Source: Planctomycetota bacterium (GTDB lineage Bacteria; Planctomycetota; B15-G4). From it: a stretch of DNA of 64,000 nucleotides. The translations under genes and the position numbers were made by a program. The notes under the pieces were generated by a model. It was given only the letters and a program-made list of their open reading frames with translations, had not been told where the DNA came from and ran no database searches. Position 1 is the stretch's first letter; every line of letters starts with the position of its first letter. The stretch spans positions 1 through 64,000 of the forward strand of contig JBBQUR010000021.1 in the NCBI GenBank assembly GCA_038212275.1. Direction: 5' to 3'. Below are positions 60,945 through 64,000 of this stretch, piece by piece.

Positions 60945-61607
60945 TCAGGCCTTCATCTCGGTCCGCGACTTCATGATGCCGCTCGCGATGCCGTATTCCA
61001 CGGCCTCCGACGCCGAGAGCCAGAAGTCGCGCGTGACGTCCTTGAGGATCTGCTTGTCCGAGCGGCCGGTCTCTTCCGCGAGGATCTGGTTGTAGAGATC
61101 GCGCGTCTTGATGATCTCGTTGGCCGTGATCTCGATGTCGCTGGCCTGGCCCTGGCTCTGGCTGCTGGGCTGGTGGATCAGGAAGCGGCTGTGCGGCAGC
61201 GTGAAGCGCCGGCCCTTGGCCCCGCCGACGAAGATGGTCACGGCGGCCGAGGCGGCCAGGCCGATGCACACCGTCGTGATGGGCGCGCTGATGAAGTGCA
61301 TCGCGTCATAGATGCCGAAGCCGCTGTCGGCGTCGCCGCCGGGGCAGTTCACGTACATCGTGATGGGCGCCTTGTTGTCCTTCTCGTCCAGCACGAGGAG
61401 CTGGCCGACGATGACTGCGGCCATGTCGCGGTCCACCGGCTTGCAGACCATGATCACGCGCTGATCGAGCAGGCTCTTGCCCAGGAACTCCGGCACCTCC
61501 TTGGGCTTGTCCTTGCCGGGCTTCTTGTCGTGACCGTCGCCCTCGTCGTCGTCGTCATCGTCATCGTCGTCGCCGAGCAGAGGGCGCGTGCTGTACGGAG
61601 AGTTCAT
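60945..61607 (-). CDS. clpP: ATP-dependent Clp protease proteolytic subunit
   Basis: YVNCPGG, GLAAS (Ser), IHQP (His), RD.WLSA.EA.EYG (Asp); AAGGA RBS. Confidence 0.93.
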   Translation of the reverse strand: MNSPYSTRPLLGDDDDDDDDDEGDGHDKKPGKDKPKEVPEFLGKSLLDQRVIMVCKPVDRDMAAVIVGQLLVLDEKDNKAPITMYVNCPGGDADSGFGIYDAMHFISAPITTVCIGLAASAAVTIFVGGAKGRRFTLPHSRFLIHQPSSQSQGQASDIEITANEIIKTRDLYNQILAEETGRSDKQILKDVTRDFWLSASEAVEYGIASGIMKSRTEMKA

Positions 61608-61625
61608 GTCCGGTCCTTTTCTGCG

Positions 61626-61702
61626 CCGCGGTGGCCCCGCGGGTGCTCCGCGGTGTCCCCGCGGTGGGCCCGCAGCGGTCCGGCGGGTGCTCCGCGGTGA
61701 CC
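61626..61702. repeat. 11-nt tandem array x7 (CCGCGGTGNCC-like) directly upstream of clpP
   Basis: Units at 61626, 61637, 61648, 61659, 61670, 61681 and 61692. Confidence 0.85.
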
Positions 61703-61802
61703 TTGCGGGGGGTCGTCACTGGTCGTTCGGCATGCCTTCGCGACGGCGGGCGCCGACGAAGGGCGGTGAAACGCTAGCGCATCAGCGCGCCGGTTCAAAG
61801 GG

Positions 61803-63806
61803 TCAGGGCGGCGACGGCTTCCCGGAATCCGCGCTCGCCAGCGAACGGGTCGCGCTGCGCAGTTGACCGCCGAGGGCATTCATGATCGCGGCCTGGATGT
61901 CGGGCAGGTAGAGATTGCCGAGATGTCCGCCGTTCTCGAAGAACTGCAGGCGATCGGGCCCGAGGGTCGCCTCCAGCCAGGCGCTGTCCTGCGGAGCGAG
62001 CAGGAAGTCGTTGCGGTTCGTGAACGCGTGGATCGACGAGCAGGCCGCGAGCTGACGCTCCAGCGCGTGCAGGTCGCAGCGGGCCCACAGCACCTCCGGG
62101 TCGGCCAGCGCAGGGTCGCGCTCCGCCAGGTATGGCAGCGCGAAGGCGAGGAAGTACTCCATCCACGAATAGCGCTCGATCTCCGCATACGCCGGCTGCC
62201 GCTGGCGGACATCGAGCTGCGTGAGCAGCACGCCGCGGTCGTGCCGGAGCTGGCTGTCGAAGAGCACGTCGCGCAGCGACAGACGGAAGGTCAGTCCGAT
62301 GAGGTACTCCGCCTCGATGCGCTCGAAGGGCAGCTCCATGCCGGGCGCCAGCTCGCCGCGGGCCAGCTCGAGCACCTTCAGCAGGATGTTCTCGATGCGC
62401 TCCTGCCGGCCGGCTGCCGGCCAGCGCATCGGCGCGCGGTACAGGTCGTCGAGCTGCTGCACGCCGTAGGCGAGGCGCACCGGCGGGTTGATCGGGATGT
62501 AGGCGTCGAAGTCGAGCAGCGGCTCGTCGGGGGCGGGGCCGGCCAGGGCCTCCTGGTTGGCCGCCGCGATGTACAGCAGGTGAAAGGCGCCGAGCGACAG
62601 GCCGAGCAGCGCGCGCTGCGTGAGCCGTCCGGGATGCTCGCCGCGCAGCTGGCTGTCGATGGCGGTCAGCACGCGGTGCAGGTCGTGGCTGTCGACGGGC
62701 GCGTAGCCGGGCAGTTCCATGCTGGACCCCGTCGACATGAACTCGACGTTGAGCGCGCTGCTCACGGTGACCGCCGAGTAGCCGTGCGCAAACGCCATCT
62801 CGGCCAGCGCCACGGTCGAGTCGGACTCGCGATGGCTGCCGAGGCCCGGCACGATGTAGACGATCGGCGCAGGCAGCGGCTGCAGCCACAGGTCGTACGG
62901 GAACTCCCGGCCGGTCGTCGGTGCGGTGACCGTGCGCCGCTCCGCGCGCGCCGGAAAATCCTGGTCGCGATAACTGAGGAACACGGCCTCGAGCGTGTCG
63001 ATCGACGGCCCCGACTCGGGCGCGAAGGCCATGTTCGCTTCGGCCTGGCTGCGGTAGAGCGTCCAGACCTGCCGCACGATCGTGTACGAGTCGTAGAGGA
63101 TCTCGTTGAGGTGCAGATACTTGTCCACGTGGTCGCTGAGCATGTTGAACTTCAGCACGACCGACAGCGGAAAGAAGTAGGTGGCCGGATCGAGCGCCGT
63201 GTCACCGACGAAGCCGACCGTGTCGCGGTCGCTGCTCGGCCCCACCACCGGCAGCATGACGTAGGCCTGCGGCTTCCAGCCCCACTCGCCCAGCATGCGG
63301 CCGACATCCTCCGGGCGCGGCGCGGGCAGCCCCCACTCGGAGGCCGGGTCGAAGAAGCCCAGCAGCCCGACCGTGGTGTTGATCACGAAGCGCCCCGTCT
63401 CCACGCCGGCGTCGCCGAAGCGGGCCTGGAAGACGTTGCTCACCAGGCGCACCGGCCAGGCGAGGTTCGTGCCGAACTGGTTGATGTGCGTGCGCACCGT
63501 CGGCGCCGTGATCGCGCGCCAGCCGGTGGCCAGCGGCGACACGACCAGTTTCAGCAGGTCGGTGTTGAAGGCCTGGAAGGCGCGGTTGGTCGGCTCGATC
63601 GGATCGGCCAGCGTCGTCAGCGGCGGCGGATCTTCCATGCGGAAGTACTCGGCGCCGGGGCCGTTGTAGCGGCTCCAGTCGCGATGCTTCGTCTCGATCG
63701 TGGTGCACGCGGACATCAGCGCCATGCAGGCGAGCAGCACGAGCCTTGCCGGCGCTCGCGCAGCCCGGGACGGCGTCCGACACCCTGTGACACGAGGTTG
63801 CAGCAT
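61803..63806 (-). CDS. MlaA/VacJ lipoprotein fused to an alpha/beta-hydrolase
   Basis: MSAC lipobox-like; DPIEPTNR..FN, RF.INTT.GL.G.FD.A, EDVG..LG.WG, LPV.GPS..RD (MlaA); then PGLG, GLSLG, NDFL, GGHLGN (hydrolase triad). Start uncertain (63806 or 63725). Confidence 0.85.
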   Translation of the reverse strand: MLQPRVTGCRTPSRAARAPARLVLLACMALMSACTTIETKHRDWSRYNGPGAEYFRMEDPPPLTTLADPIEPTNRAFQAFNTDLLKLVVSPLATGWRAITAPTVRTHINQFGTNLAWPVRLVSNVFQARFGDAGVETGRFVINTTVGLLGFFDPASEWGLPAPRPEDVGRMLGEWGWKPQAYVMLPVVGPSSDRDTVGFVGDTALDPATYFFPLSVVLKFNMLSDHVDKYLHLNEILYDSYTIVRQVWTLYRSQAEANMAFAPESGPSIDTLEAVFLSYRDQDFPARAERRTVTAPTTGREFPYDLWLQPLPAPIVYIVPGLGSHRESDSTVALAEMAFAHGYSAVTVSSALNVEFMSTGSSMELPGYAPVDSHDLHRVLTAIDSQLRGEHPGRLTQRALLGLSLGAFHLLYIAAANQEALAGPAPDEPLLDFDAYIPINPPVRLAYGVQQLDDLYRAPMRWPAAGRQERIENILLKVLELARGELAPGMELPFERIEAEYLIGLTFRLSLRDVLFDSQLRHDRGVLLTQLDVRQRQPAYAEIERYSWMEYFLAFALPYLAERDPALADPEVLWARCDLHALERQLAACSSIHAFTNRNDFLLAPQDSAWLEATLGPDRLQFFENGGHLGNLYLPDIQAAIMNALGGQLRSATRSLASADSGKPSPP

Positions 63807-63846
63807 GAGCCGGCCAACGTTACTGCCGCGGCCGCGCCGGTTCCAG

Positions 63847-63909
63847 CCGCTGCATCCGCAGCATTCGCTGCATCTGCGCCAGCCGCTGTATCCGCAGCAT
63901 CCGCAGCGT
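63847..63909. repeat. 9-nt imperfect tandem repeat x7 (CCGCAGCAT-like)
   Basis: Read directly from the sequence. Confidence 0.8.
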
Positions 63910-63927
63910 TGTCCGCGGGAACGTCGA

Positions 63928-64000
63928 CTACTTGCCCGGCACAGCCGGGGGGGCGGCATCCGTCGGCACCACGATGACTGGATCCTGCGTCGGGTCCACG
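63928..64000 (-). CDS. Probable 3' end of a gene entering from beyond the window (...DPVIVVPTDAAPPAVPGK*)
   Basis: Open frame with GC3-rich codons ending in TAG at 63928-63930; too short to assign. Confidence 0.4.
   Translation of the reverse strand, partial: VDPTQDPVIVVPTDAAPPAVPGK

Noticed and set aside
61626..61702. Short repeat arrays as CRISPR
   Set aside because: Units are 9-15 nt and directly adjacent, with no unique spacers and no cas genes.

Overview
Very GC-rich (~70%), gene-dense bacterial chromosomal window, genetic code 11 (most genes end in TGA). The gene content suggests a diderm, plausibly an uncultured Planctomycetota/PVC-type organism (inference). It holds about 50 CDS, mostly envelope and metabolic genes: an ArnT-like glycosyltransferase, YceI, two amidohydrolases, NYN, BON, a pilin, a hybrid kinase, galK-like, glcD/E/F, an RND pump, two YejM/PbgA-like proteins, an ABC exporter, an SSS symporter, a minor-pilin operon and clpP. 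No rRNA, tRNA, CRISPR, integrase or transposase was recognised. Highlights: (1) an exported TlpA-like thioredoxin split by the ORF caller at an in-frame TGA that falls exactly on the first Cys of the CxxC motif (WRTW-U-RPC) and is followed by a long SECIS-like stem-loop, so it is probably a selenoprotein; (2) a translationally coupled operon of five paralogous SmpA/BamE-like lipoproteins, each with a hydrophobic hairpin insert; (3) a converging McrB-like AAA+ protein in which every catalytic motif is substituted; (4) an MlaA/VacJ-alpha/beta-hydrolase fusion; (5) an SSS symporter with a barrel-sandwich-like insertion; (6) pervasive short tandem duplications, with periods that are multiples of 3 inside CDS and 11, 13 or 14 nt in several non-coding or gene-end sites. 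Start codons are judgement calls and all family assignments come from motif recognition without database searches.
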